Origin: Vitrella brassicaformis CCMP3155
Taxonomy: Eukaryota; Protista; Chromerida
Direction of reading: 5' to 3'
Assembly (NCBI GenBank): GCA_001179505.1
Contig: CDMY01000791.1
Coordinates: forward strand, 186,001-250,000
Length of the DNA: 64,000 bases
Within the stretch, counting starts at the first letter, position 1. Each line of letters begins with the position of its first letter. The position numbers were made by a program, and so were the translations under genes. The notes beneath the pieces are model-generated. The model did not search any database. It was not told the origin of the DNA and saw only the letters and a program-made list of their open reading frames with translations. This document shows, in pieces, positions 13,301 to 25,500 of the stretch.

Positions 13301-16300
13301 TGTGTGCGAATGTGTGTGTGGTGCAGGGACCTAGGTACCTACCTTGTGCGACGGTAGGTGCGTGTTGGTGTGTGGGAGAGAGGAGCAGGAGGCGCATCTC
13401 AGGCTGATAGCGGAAGGGCGGCTCGCCTTGCTGCACGCACCATCGGACGGACAGAGGCAACATACATACAAAGGGGATGTGCCAATACACACAGACACAC
13501 AGGTCCGTACCAGTGGCGGCATTCTCTTGGCGGCGAGTGCCTTGATGGCCTGCGTCATGCGCAGCCACGAGACGTGCGACGCGATGTGGTACACACTGTA
13601 CTCGTCGTGACTGATGAGGGCAGGGTCCCAGAATGGCTCCTCTGACGCACACTTGAGGTTGACGACCAGACTCCCGCCGTCCTTGACCAGAGATGTCACA
13701 CGACAGAAGAAACACGAACCCTGACATACACCACACACACACACAGGCAGAGAGGAGCCATGAATGACAGACATGACGGTTCTCTCGCTCACCCATGGGT
13801 CTTGTGTCTTGGCCCTGGTGGGCATCAGACACAAAATGTCTCCCTCCTGCACACACACACACAGACACACAGACACCATGCGCATGTCACATACACGGAT
13901 GTACACGTGTGCAGTCAGTCATCGCTACGATACCCTGAGTGGTTGTTCGGCGAATTTCCTGAGCTGTGTGCCGTCCTGTATGAATGTGTGCAGCCGCACC
14001 ATCGGATACACCGCCTCCTCGCAACTCATCACCAGACAACTGCACACACGCGCACGCACACGGGAAGTGATAGACAACGCACCGGAGATGCACGTAACAT
14101 GGCTCGCTCACGCGTCGGGGTAGAAGGTCCTCTTCTCGTCAACACGCTGAGCGAATGCACACACGCGGAGCATGCAGCGACATGAATGCAGAACGAGGCG
14201 TACGTACCTGTTGCAGCTCCTCGGTCCTCTCGAAGGCCATCAGCCCCCTCATAGAACGGAAGTAGTCATCTGTGGGACACACACACACACACACACGTCG
14301 GGCCGGGCTGGTATTGTATTGACTGCCCCCATGCGCCTTTATCTATCTGTCCGTACATGCGTGGAGGTCAGGGAAGCAGTCGGGGGAGAACGGCACGTGC
14401 ACAAGCTGGTCAAGCACCTGCACACACAGACACACAGCCACACATTCATACAGTATGGCAGACCTCCACACACTCCTGTCCGTCCACGCTGCTGTGACCC
14501 TGTTTGCCAGCGAGGTGCTCCTGGCCGATATGGCGGGGCATTCGTCCAGCAAAGACTCCCACACGTCCACTCCCATCACACGACCACCGTCACCTACACA
14601 CACACACACACACACACACCCCGGGATACTCACACCTGCCGATTCATTCCTGCCTTGTCTCGATGCATACGGTCGTTTGCGGCCGTCTTGATGGCGACCA
14701 TGACGTTCTGCACCAGCGGTGGGAGCGGTCCGTTGGGCAGTGCATCGGCCTCCAGCAACGACACGTGCGCCAGCAACATCCGCCACACCTGCAGGCAGGC
14801 TTGTTGGTGCGAGTATGAGTCATATGCCGTCCATCCCTGTGTTGTGTTGTGTTGGGGTTGCGGCGTACGTGTGGTAGGAAGATGGCCCAGGTGTGTGGTG
14901 GGCTGCCGTGGATGAGGCTGCACGTGCGGTTGACCGCATCGGCCATGTCCTGATCCAACGACACACACACATTTTTTGCCTATCTACGGGCCACTCGCAC
15001 TAGCCCACTTGTCTGAGCAGTGCCTCCTTTATCGCCGTCGCCTCTGCACGATGCTGCGGGTCGATCGCCGCCTGCAGACCTGCCGACACGCACACACATA
15101 TGAAGACCATGTGCACAAAAAAGAGAGAAAAGGCTCCGTCCACGCGCACCTGTTTGGTGCAGCATCTTGATGGCTGCCTCGGCGCGCGCCACTGCTTTGG
15201 AACCCCCAATGCCTGACGCTGTCATCTGCCGCACACACAACAAAGGGGTGTATGCGTTTCATGAAAGTGCGGCCTGCCTGTCTGTGTGTATGTCGGTCAC
15301 AGACTGACTGCGTTGGTCCTTCCGGCGAGGTTTTTCCACTTCCACTCGAGGAGGGCGCGGTAGCCGGCGTCATGGGCAACCTCACTCCACACAGGCTGAT
15401 ACCTCACACCACATTTGGGTGGGTATGCACAGATGGGGCCTGGCCCGCCTGTGTTTCTTTGCCTGCCTGGTCTATGTATGTTACCTCAATCTGCAGCCTT
15501 TGTGTGATGAGCTGGTGCTCTTTGTTGACCTCACCGGCGTCCTTCCTCGACAGACGGGAGGGGGATATCCCGCTGCTCAGACTGGCCGCATGCTGATGCG
15601 ATTCACACACACAACACACACAACACACATTCCCACAGACAGACACAGAAATGGGTGTAAGTGTGGAAGCCTTGTGTAGTGTCGTGTGCGTTCGTTTGTG
15701 TGGTAGGCATGCTTCACTCACGTTGGCGGCCTTCCGTGTGGCCTCCTGCCGCATCCTCTCCTCCTTGTCTGCCGTCTGCCGCACCGCTATGTCACTCAAC
15801 ACCACACTCTTGAACTGAACCCACCGACCGACAGCAACCAGCCAGCAACACGAACAAAAGCGATAAGTACCTCATCCGCTGTGTGCCCCTCCCTCCCTCC
15901 CTGCCTCCCTCCCTCCAGGCGGCCCACCTTGCAGGCCTGCATGTACATGTTCTTGAGAGCCTGGACCTCCGCATCGCCCGCCGTGGTGCCCTGGCCGTGG
16001 GCCTCCAGCTGCCCCAGCCCCTCGTCTGCCGTCGGGATGCGCCACTGCACGCGACACACGTGCTGACCCCCGCTGATCTCACGGTCCTGGGTCTCCTCGG
16101 CCCGCAGCCGCAGACGGAGGTTGTTGGCCATCCATCGGGTCAACTGGGATAGCTCCTCTGCCTCGGGCTCGCACCCCTGCATGCGCCATGTCCTGTGCAG
16201 CACCTGCCTCGCCGCATGACGACGCGCCTCGCGCTTGTTGGCACCCTCGCCGCTCACCTGCACTCACCACAACCTCTTCTCCCTCTCTGGTTGATGTTTT

Positions 16301-16786
16301 CATGTTGATTCACTCACTGACCGCAATCTTTTGGTTGGCCCGCCCCGTGATGTGCCACGTAATGGTGTGTGTGAAGCCGCCCCTCCGCCCCTTGTCCACC
16401 CTCTCGTGGGCCTCCACAGCCAACACACCGCCGCCCCGGCCGCCCACACCGACACCCACATTGGCCTGCAGGCACTGCAACCGGATCGTGTAGGCCACCA
16501 AGACGTTCTCGACGTCGACGGCGCATCGGTACATGGCCTCCAGGTCAAACGCAGACGAAAGAGGAGTGGCAGCAGGGGGAGTGGCGACATCGATGCCGCT
16601 CGCAGATGGGCGTGTGAGAGCTGCAGGGGAGGGGGGCAGTGGCGGCAGCTGCTGCTGCTGGACAGAGGAGCTCTGGTGGCGGCGGCCGCGAGTGCACCAC
16701 TGGAGAGCGGGCCTGGCTGCTCGTGCTGACAACTGATCTGGGGAGAAGAGGTCTCTGAAGGCAGAGAGGATCGCCCGAAGCCTCAT
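10336..16786 (-). CDS. UPF1/DNA2-NAM7-like superfamily 1B helicase with three N-terminal dsRBD-like domains; in-frame upstream ATG at 17011 is an alternative start
   Basis: Motifs QGPPGTGKT (I), AVADSNIAAD (Ia), IIIATCIG, VLIDECAQ (II), LIGDQKQLPP (III), SLFERL, QRRMH, YDGRL, IGVLTPYVAQ, TIDGFQGMEKD (V), RMNVMLTRARRG (VI). Upstream exons carry G.G..K..A...AA..L signatures. A 300-N gap lies in one intron. Confidence 0.85.
12584..12883. other. Assembly gap (300 N) inside a poly-G run; equal-sized gaps at 44279-44578, 51090-51389, 52623-52922 and 56365-56664
   Basis: Directly visible; identical length suggests placeholder size. Confidence 0.95.
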
Positions 16787-17105
16787 AACGGTAGCAGAGC
16801 AGCCCAATGCAGAGATCTCCCGCAACTGGACATCAAAAGACAGATCATCACTTCCGATGAGTCCTTTCGATGTGTACACCGCATCTTGGTTCACCTGCCG
16901 GAACGCGATGAATCTGAAGGTCTGCGAGCTCAGCTTCAAAGCTCGCAAAAGGACAACGAAGGAGGAGGAGGGAAAACCACGGCGCGCGTGTGGCCTCTTG
17001 GCGATCGGCATCTGCCTTGATATAGACTCCAGTACTGCGGCTTTCCAGATGAGAGCAGAAGGCCGCTCTTTGGTGCCTGTGACAGCGCCGCCAGATCAGC
17101 GCAAC
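16787..17105. promoter_or_regulatory. Putative bidirectional promoter with the motif in both orientations (16923-16930, 16940-16947)
   Basis: Between divergent helicase and membrane-protein starts; depends on ATG 16786 being the real start. Confidence 0.4.
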
Positions 17106-18015
17106 ATGGGAGGCGGCGAGCAGCAGCTGGCGCCCTCCAGCCCTCCACCAGACACCAGCAGCACACACAGCGGCGCAACCGACCCGCTCGCATCATTCCC
17201 ATGGGACCCCGCGGAGATGGGTAACTAACTACTCACTGACACGTACACCGCCCGCAAGGAGCATACCACGGTGTGGTGACAGCGTCGCTCGGTGTACGGG
17301 CGTACTCTGATGTGCTGTGTGCTGTGTGTGTGGTGTGTGTGCAGAGTATTTGTCGTTGGACGACACTGGTGCGACTTATCCCTACGGCCTTCGGTGGCGA
17401 GTGCTGATCCCCAGCCTGGTGTTGATCTGTGTGGGGTGCGTCATGTTTGTCAAGGCGACGGTGGACCAGCACTACGCCGACACGTTCCACAACTGGAACG
17501 TCTACGGCATCCCCATCCCCCACGCATTCCTATTCCCCTTCCTCGCAGTCGTCAGCGTCGTCGTCTTCGCAATGGCCATGGCCCACCTCTACTACAAGGT
17601 GGTCCTGCGGCCCACACTCGTGCTGCGCCCAACCTTCGTGTGTGTGCCGTCACTGCGGTGCTTCCTGAGGGTGCGGGTGCGGGTCGTGCACTTCAACACC
17701 GTCATCAGCATGACTCGCCTCAGGCGGCGGGGCACCTCCTGCTTGGGGCTCAGCCAGCGCATCGAGGTGGCCTACAGGAAACCCTCCACATCTGTCCATT
17801 CGCCATCCACCTCTTCCAACATCCTCTCGCACATCGGCGGACTCACGAGCGGGTTGGTGGCACCTGACAGCAGCGAGTCGAGTGTGCGCGACCGTGTGAT
17901 GATCGACTCGCTGCAGCTGCCGTCTGATAAGGATTTCGACGACGTGTGGAGCTTTCTTCTGTCGCAAGCCAACCCGCAGAGGGAGGAATCGAGACTCACT
18001 GCCAGTGACCCGTGA
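17106..18015 (+). CDS. Small membrane protein with two transmembrane helices, 2 exons, unknown function
   Basis: ATG 17106, intron 17221-17344 joins in frame (M|E YLSLDD); hydrophobic segments VLIPSLVLICVGCVMFV and AFLFPFLAVVSVVVFAMAMAHLYY; stop 18013-18015. Confidence 0.6.
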
Positions 18016-19200
18016 GTGACCGATGGTCGCGGCAGTGAGAACTGTGTGTAATGTATGTGAGTGAGAGTACTAAGTGACGTACGTGCCTGCTTGTTGGTGG
18101 CACGGCACGTGTCTGTCTGTCGGTCAGCCAGCCAGCCAGCCAGCAGCCGGCCAGACTGAGTATGTGGGTGGCGGGGAAGGTAAGGTAGGTACCTTGGGTG
18201 TGGTGTACAGCTAGCTGTGTGGTGACTTTGTGGGGCGGCCCTTGGTGGTGTCCGCCTGGGTGAGGTCAGGTGAGGTGAGTGCGTCTTTTTCTGTGGCATG
18301 CCGTCGTGTGTGTTATCATGTGGTGCCGAAAGACTCATGATCAGGACGAGTGATGCGACTTGGTCTGGTGTGAATCATGGCCAATGCATTCATTCACTCC
18401 ACGGCACACGACTCGCACCTTTAAAGACGGCGTGTAGGGCCAGTAAGTACCACGACAGGTGGTTTCGTTCATTCATGTCACACGAAGGTCTGTACACACA
18501 TCCATCCATCCACGCACCCATCAGGAAGCACACGCATCGAAATCCACACCACGCCCACGCCTCGTGGAGGCCACACACTGGCCACCCATCCATCCAGCCT
18601 TGTCCATCCAGCCAGCCGTGTAGATACGTGCCATCCATCCGTCCATCATGCGGCTGCTCTCTCACTCAGTGTGTGCGATGTATACATACATATGGATACA
18701 CTTCATTGCCAGACAAACAGACGGACAGACCGTTGGCCGAAAATGCATGGATGGACACACAACTGCAAGCAAACACAGGCCGGGCGCTGTGTGTCCATGT
18801 CCTCCCTCCCCCTCTGGTCAAAAATTCATCCGGTGCAGCTGCCTTGCCGCAGTCACATAGGCCACACACCCACACTGATGCAACCCTCCATCCAGCCATC
18901 CATCTCTCTGTGCGTGTGTGTTCACATAGTCCATTCCGCAGTCGGTCGCGTGGGGCTTGGCCCGGGCGGTGGGACCATGCATCCATCCATCCATCCATGG
19001 ATGGGCTTGCTCCCTCATTGCCTACAATGTACATGGCACGGATGACCATACACCAAGACAAATGGGCTATCTCTCGCTGATAATAGAGCTCGCGTTATCT
19101 CACTCTCTCACGCTCTTGGGTCGAGTGGGAACGGCCTCATCTTCGAACCTGGTAACCCCCTGCACACACGGAGAGAGACGGAGAGAGACATCAGAACCGC

Positions 19201-20675
19201 TCATGACCCCCTGACCACGGTTGCATACCTTCCCCCTGGCAGCAGTCCCCTCTTCATGGCGAGGCTTTCGTCCGGCTCCTGCTCGCCCTTGCGCTTGGCG
19301 ATGAATGCGTATGGGACCACCTTGAGCTCCCGAATGCTGCCGACCTTGGTGTCGAGCTTGACGACCCCCTTGCGCTTCACCTTGGCCACCTCGTCGCCCT
19401 CAACGCCCAACAGAATGCCCGTCTTGCCCTTGTCGGGACCTGGAAAGGGACACGCCAACACATACGGTATGTCTGCAGGTCGGCTGTGTTGGGTGTGGTG
19501 TGGGGCGCAGGCTGGCTGGCTGGCTGACCTCTGAGGAGTAGGACTTGGTCCCTGATCTTTGGCGGGTCCCTCAGAGGCGGGACGTACACCAACTGTGAAT
19601 CCTCCACACCCTGTCTCCACACACACACACACACACCCAACCATACATCAAGAATAGCAGTAAGTAACAGGTGCACCAAGGACGTCTGTCTGTCTGTCTG
19701 TGCATCTGTCGCGTCGTTGCAACCGCTGACTTCGAAGAATTTCTCGGTTGAGATGATGGGGTCGTAGACCTCATACAAATCGCCAGCCTTCAAATACCTA
19801 CACACACGCCCATAGACAGACACCATAATGGTCAGTCAAAACATGCCCTCCCGCCCGGCGGTATGCCATGCCATGCTGTGGTTCGCCGCACCTGTCGAAT
19901 GAGACCGACATGGCTGCGAAGGCCTCCTCGGTCTCCCGCACGTCCTTCTTGTCCACAGCGCGTTTCAGACGCTCAACAGATCCGAACAAACGACCCACCT
20001 GCATGACACACACACAGACAACAGGAGGCCACGTGACTGACAATGGTGCGTATGTCCAGCCCTCACCCACCTCATATCTGAGTGCGAATCGTGTGTTCTC
20101 GTCGACAGGGTCCTTGCCGGGGAAGGCCGAGTCCGTGTACTTGGTGAAGATGGGCACGTACGCCCGCAGCTGCTGCGGATACGACGCCAAGATGTCCCAA
20201 TCCTATAGACCGACCGACAAACACACCAACACACAACAACACAACATCCACACATGCACTGAACACAGACAGCCCGTCGCTGGCTGACCTCGTCGTAGAT
20301 GTCAGCCTGCAGCTCATCGAGTACAGTGGCGATTTGCCGTATCCTCGGGGCTATCTTCTGAGCCAATGCGGTGTTCTTGGCGGCCTCCGACGGCAGAGGG
20401 ACGCCTCCGAGACTCAACAAGCCCACGGCAGCCGGCGTGGCCAGCCACCTCCAGAAATGGGCCCTGCGGCTGTCATCACTGTCATGACTTGCGGACATCT
20501 GCAGCGCCTCATGTGAGAGGGAGGATGGCCGATGCCGCCTCGGCGTTGTCGCTGACATGAGCTGATAGAGTTGTCGATGTGATGGTCGTGGAGGGGAGAG
20601 GGGCTGGAAGGCATGCGCCAGGCCTATGCAGAGGGCGACGCACTGCATCACAGGCGATGAAGGGAATGCCATCAT
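19201..20675 (-). CDS. Plastid (probably thylakoid lumen)-targeted PsbQ-like four-helix protein with C-terminal KOW motif
   Basis: Signal peptide ending AHA-F, S/R-rich transit peptide, RR...hydrophobic...SEA lumen-type signal; DWDILASYPQQLR and GRLFGSVERLKRAVDKKDVRETEEAF resemble PsbQ helices; DQVLLLRGPDKGKTGILLGV is a KOW motif. Confidence 0.65.
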
Positions 20676-20844
20676 CTTGAGCTTGACACGGAGAAGTCAG
20701 GGAAAACTCTTCCCTTTGTCGAGATCTTGTTTCTATGTCCTCGTGCTGCCTCGCTTGCCCCGCAGCTGGGAAAATCCCCGTTGACAACTTAAGCTCGCAC
20801 TCTGAGCTTAGCTCGCAGGTGTGATTCGCTTTCCTCGCATCATC
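20676..20844. promoter_or_regulatory. Putative bidirectional promoter with two AGCTCGCA copies (20792-20799, 20810-20817)
   Basis: 169 bp between PsbQ-like and RPL15 start codons. Confidence 0.55.
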
Positions 20845-21816
20845 ATGGGCGCGTACAAGTAAGGGAGACCACAGGGAAGACAGCTTGACGGGAGATCTTG
20901 AGGATCTCTGTCTTGTGTGTGTCCTGCAGGTACCTGGAGGAGCTGTGGAAGAAGAAGCAGTCGGATGTGCTCCGATTCCTTCTCCGCGTCCGCACATGGG
21001 AGTACCGGTGACCAACGCACACAGGGAGGGAGGGAGAGAGGGGGGCACGGGTGCTGACAGACAGATGCGAGCGCAAGACAGCTCTGACGAAGGCAGGCAG
21101 GCAGGCAGTCAGATAGCTCGTGTGACCACCGCTTGTGGATGTGTTGTGTCTTCTGGCTGGCGTTGTGTGTTTGGTTTGGTGTGCTGTAGTCACCTGCCTG
21201 CGGTGCACCGTGCGTCCCGTCCGACTCGTCCTGACAAGGCGCGTCGTTTGGGTTACAAGGCCAAGCAGGGGTTCGTCATCTACCGCGTCCGTGTGCGTCG
21301 TGGGGACCGCAAGAAGATGGTGAGCAAGGGCATCGTCTACGGCAAGCCCAAGCACCACGGTATCCGCAAGCAGAAGAGCACCCGCAACCTCCGCAGCGTC
21401 GCCGAGGAGCGGGTGGGCCGCAAGGTGTGCGCCGGGCTGCGCGTCCTCAACTCCTACTGGGTGGCCCAGGACGCCACTTACAAATTCTTCGAGGTCATCA
21501 TGGTCGACCCCTCCCACAACGCCATCCGCAAGAACACACGATACAACTGGATCTGCGACGCCACACACAAGCACCGCGAGCTCCGCGGACTCACCAGCGC
21601 AGGTCGGTAGAGATAGATGATATCGCTACACAGGGAGGGAGGGAGGGGGACCCACTATACACGTGTGTACCGTTTCTCTCAATGTGTGTGTCACATGTTG
21701 CAGGCAAGAAGTATCGTGGTCTGCGGACCAAGGGCGGTGGTGCGGCCCGGCTGCGCCCCTCGCGGCGCGCCACCTGGCGCCGACGACAGTTCCTCCAGCT
21801 CAGGCGATACAGATAA
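20845..21816 (+). CDS. RPL15: 60S ribosomal protein L15 (eL15), 4 exons
   Basis: [31 protein letters not shown]...[29 protein letters not shown]...[27 protein letters not shown]...[18 protein letters not shown]; 14-nt first exon. Confidence 0.98.
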
Positions 21817-22532
21817 ACACACGACAATGCCCACACCCGGACGCCTCCCCCCCCTGCACCAGTCAGCCTGCCGCCTCTTGTCGTGCGTGCACGTGTTGCC
21901 GCTTTGGTCCGTCTGCTCGCCGTGTTTCAACCGAGATGGCGGTGGGCGGGATGGGTAGGGAGGGAGGGGCCTGGGCGTGTTGGCAGGAGGGACGATGGTT
22001 GGATGGACGGACGGACGGGGTGGTGGCGATTCTCGTGTGGTGCATGGCTGTCTCGTGACGTCAGTGTGCGTGAGAGCGTGAGGAAACTGTGCCTCTGCTC
22101 AGTCAAACTTGCCATGGTTTACTTGGTTGGTTGCCTTGCCGCGTACCAATGCGTTCACACACACAGACACACACACACACACACACACGACAGGTCGCAA
22201 TGCCTGACACGTGCACAGGTCACATGAGAAAGTCCCATCCCACTCACGTGTGGGTTCCCTACACGTCTCCAGCCAGCCAGTGGGGGGAGCGCTACAAACC
22301 CTGTCCTCTCCTTCTCTCGCAATCTAATAGATAGATAAGACGAGAAAAATACACGTCATCGATACACACATGTATACGTGGGCAGCATCGGTCAACGGAG
22401 GAGTGTCCCTCCATCCATCCATCGATCCCGACTCCGTCTGTTTTTTTGTCTGTCTGTCTTGATTCAAATCGTCAGTCCACTGGAAAAAAGGTAAGGCATC
22501 CCTCCTATCCACGCAACCGTCCGTCAGTCAGG

Positions 22533-25500
22533 TCAGCCCCACTGGCTGGCCGAGGTGAGCTGCATCATGAGCTCCTTGCCCTCTTTGGACGTCCTCGTCG
22601 ACGGGCCCCCCAGCTGGTCGGCCTCCTCCAGGATGTCGGGCGACAGCTGCTCGATCGGTGCGTCGTCAATCTCGCCCATCGCCCGGTCGGTGGCCTGCAG
22701 CGCCCCCATGATGGCGGCGATCTGCTGGCGGAACTCCTCCCGGCCCTTCTTCTCTCGCAGCAGGTTCTGGTCGATGGTCGTCATGTGGTGGGCCAGCTTG
22801 TGGCTGTCGTCCCGGAGGCTCTCGGTCTCGTTCAGGAGCTGCCGCAGCTCGCTCTCCTGCGCGTTGAGTCTGCGGCAGAGCTGCGCACGGAGTGTGTTGG
22901 ACTTGTCGACGAGGTAGTGGAGGGCCTCCTTGGCGGCGGTGAAGGACGCCTCGAGGAGGCGGACCTCGGCCTTCTTCTTCTCCAGCTGGGCCTCGATGTC
23001 AGTCACCTTGGCCTGCACCGAGGACACCTCCTCGGTCTTCTTGTCTACCTCACCATCGGCCTGGCGGCACAACGCCTGCAACTCGGCCGCCTTGCGCACC
23101 ATCGCCTCAGGGTCACTCTGACACATACATACACAGAGAGAAAGAGATGAGATGGGTGCATGTCTGTTCGTCTGTGATGTTTGCCCATCCATCCATCCAT
23201 CCATCCACCTGTAGAGCGAGTTGCTGCTGGAGGTTCTGCAGGTCAGCCTCTAGTCTCTTGACCTCCTGTTCGATCTGCTTGTGCTTGTCCTGCAGCTGGC
23301 GGATGGACCGCAGCGTGTCGTCGGTCCTCAGGGGTTGCATCCGCTGGCGCACCCAGTCCATCTTGGCCTTGATCAGCCGACGGAACTCACGAGACGTCTC
23401 AGACGCGTCACCTGAGGCCGTCATCAAAGCCTGCACCGACTCGTCCATGACCAGAGACGGGATCTTGGCAGCCAGGGAGGCGATCTTGGCGGCATTGCCC
23501 AGCTCCTCGGCTGGCTCCTCCTGGGAGGAGGAGGAAGGGTGACCGTGGGCCGTATCGGCGGTGGATGCAGCAGCTGCTGCTGCCGCGGCGGACACGTGTG
23601 TGAGATGGTGAGCTGTGTTGGAGGGGCTGCCGTCGCCGGTGCCGTCACCCGTGCCGCCACCCGCTATGCGGCTAGATGAGGCCGGTGCGTGCGAGTGGGG
23701 GCCCTCATCCTGACTCCCAAAGAAGAACTGCTCGTGCTCCTGCACACGACACCACACCAAGACAGCCCAGACGACAGACACATCACATGAGTGCATGTTT
23801 CGATGCGTATCTGTGTGTGCTGGTCCCTCCCTCCGCTCCCTCCCTCCCTCCCTCCCTCCCCACTGACCTCGAGTGCCTGGTCGCGTTGCCTGTGCCGCAC
23901 CCACTCGTCGTATTCCGCCTCGATCTCCTTGAGTTTGGTCAGGGCTGCGTCGTACTCGGCCCTCTCGGCGTCGTTGTGGGACGACTGCTGCCTGAGGGCC
24001 GCCAGCTGCCGCTCGTGTGCGTCCCTCTTGTGTCGGAGCGTCTCGAGCTGCTCCTGGCGGTACTTGACCTGCTCGGCCAGCTGCTGCTTGCGCTGGGGGG
24101 CGTTCTCGATGAGCCGCTCGACCTCCATCCACTTCTCGCGGTGGTTGGATGCCTGGTTCTTGACGATGCGGAGGTTCTCCTGGCTCTGCTTGAGGATGCC
24201 GCTCGCCTCCAGCAGCGACCGCAGCAGGGCGTCGGCCTCACGCTTCCGCTCGTTGAGCTCCTGCTCCTTCCGAACCGCACCCTCGTACTGCGTCTCGATC
24301 TCCTTGGCGTCCTCCTGGATCTTACGGATCTCAGACGCAAAGTCCTCGGCATTGACGTTGAGCCCGCCGCGAGTCAGCCCCTGGGCCTCCAGCAGCGTCC
24401 GCATCTGGCCCACAAAGGCGCGGGAGGCCTGTGCAGCCTGCGAGAGGGCCTCCCTTTTGCCTTCGAAGCGCTCAAACTCCTTGAGGAATTCGTCGATGCG
24501 GTCGAGGGACAGCGCCAGGCCTCTCGTGCGGTCGACGACGAGCTCCTCCTTGGCCTTGAGCCGCTCGTTCTCGCCCTTGAGCAGCTCCTTGTGCACATCG
24601 AACTGACGCTCGGCGTGCTCCAGCAGCACCTTGGTGATCGTCAGACGCTGCTGCAGCAGGTCCAACGACAGCGGGAAGGACGGGCACGCAATGGACGATG
24701 CCGCCTTCTTGTCCACGCCGCCACGAGACACCACTCGCATGCTGGCCGCGGCCGCAGAGGCCCCTCCGCCAGTGCTGGAGCTGCTGGCCATCGAGTTGGC
24801 CCGTGTGCCCATCTGTGCGCGGGAGGTCGGTTGGGCTGACTGCTGCTGGTGCGTCGGGGGCACCGATGGCGATGCGGGAGAGTCCTCCTCGCCCCAGGGC
24901 ACGTGGAGCAGAGCGACAGCTGCGAGGGTGCGGACCATGTCGGTGGCGCCCCAGCTGAGCTGGTGCTCGATGGCCGGCAGCAGGCCGTGCTTCACCACCA
25001 GCTCCGCCACGTCTTCACGGGGGCTGGGGGTAGACGGGCCCCCACCAGCAGCGGCGGACCCCGCCTCGTGTGACGATGACGCCGCGCCACTAGCTGCTGC
25101 TGCTGCTGCTGCTGACGAGGGCTTGTCTGTGGTGGCCGCTGCCGCCTTGGTGACGAGTACCGACACGAACCAGCAGACGAAGAACGTCACTGCAGGGATG
25201 GCGTCCTCGCCCTCGGGCTTGTCGCCACTGCTGGTGACGAGCTGGGCGATCCTGGCCATGTTGTTGCCCTTGCACACGAGCCTCAGCTGCCGATACTCGA
25301 GGCCTGGCGGCGAGTTGGGACCGCTCTGTAGGTCCTTTGGCAGCAGCTCCAGGGACATGGCTGCCCGCTGGGCCGTCTCGGGGTGTGTGAAGCGGTGGTG
25401 CTTGAGGAGGGTGGCGATCATGAGGCCGCTCAGCAGTCGGGCGAGTGGGTTTGGGGACTGGTAGAATGCCGCCAGGACCTCCATGCCGATGCCGTCTGCC

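Noticed and set aside
16787-17011. Longer N-terminus from ATG 17011
   Set aside because: In frame and not excluded, but it would leave only 94 bp between the divergent start codons and would place both promoter-like motifs in coding sequence; ATG 16786 gives a better presequence.
18980-19005. Palindromic CCATCCATGGATGG junction
   Set aside because: Formed by abutting common (CCAT)n and (GGAT)n microsatellites; no evidence of function.
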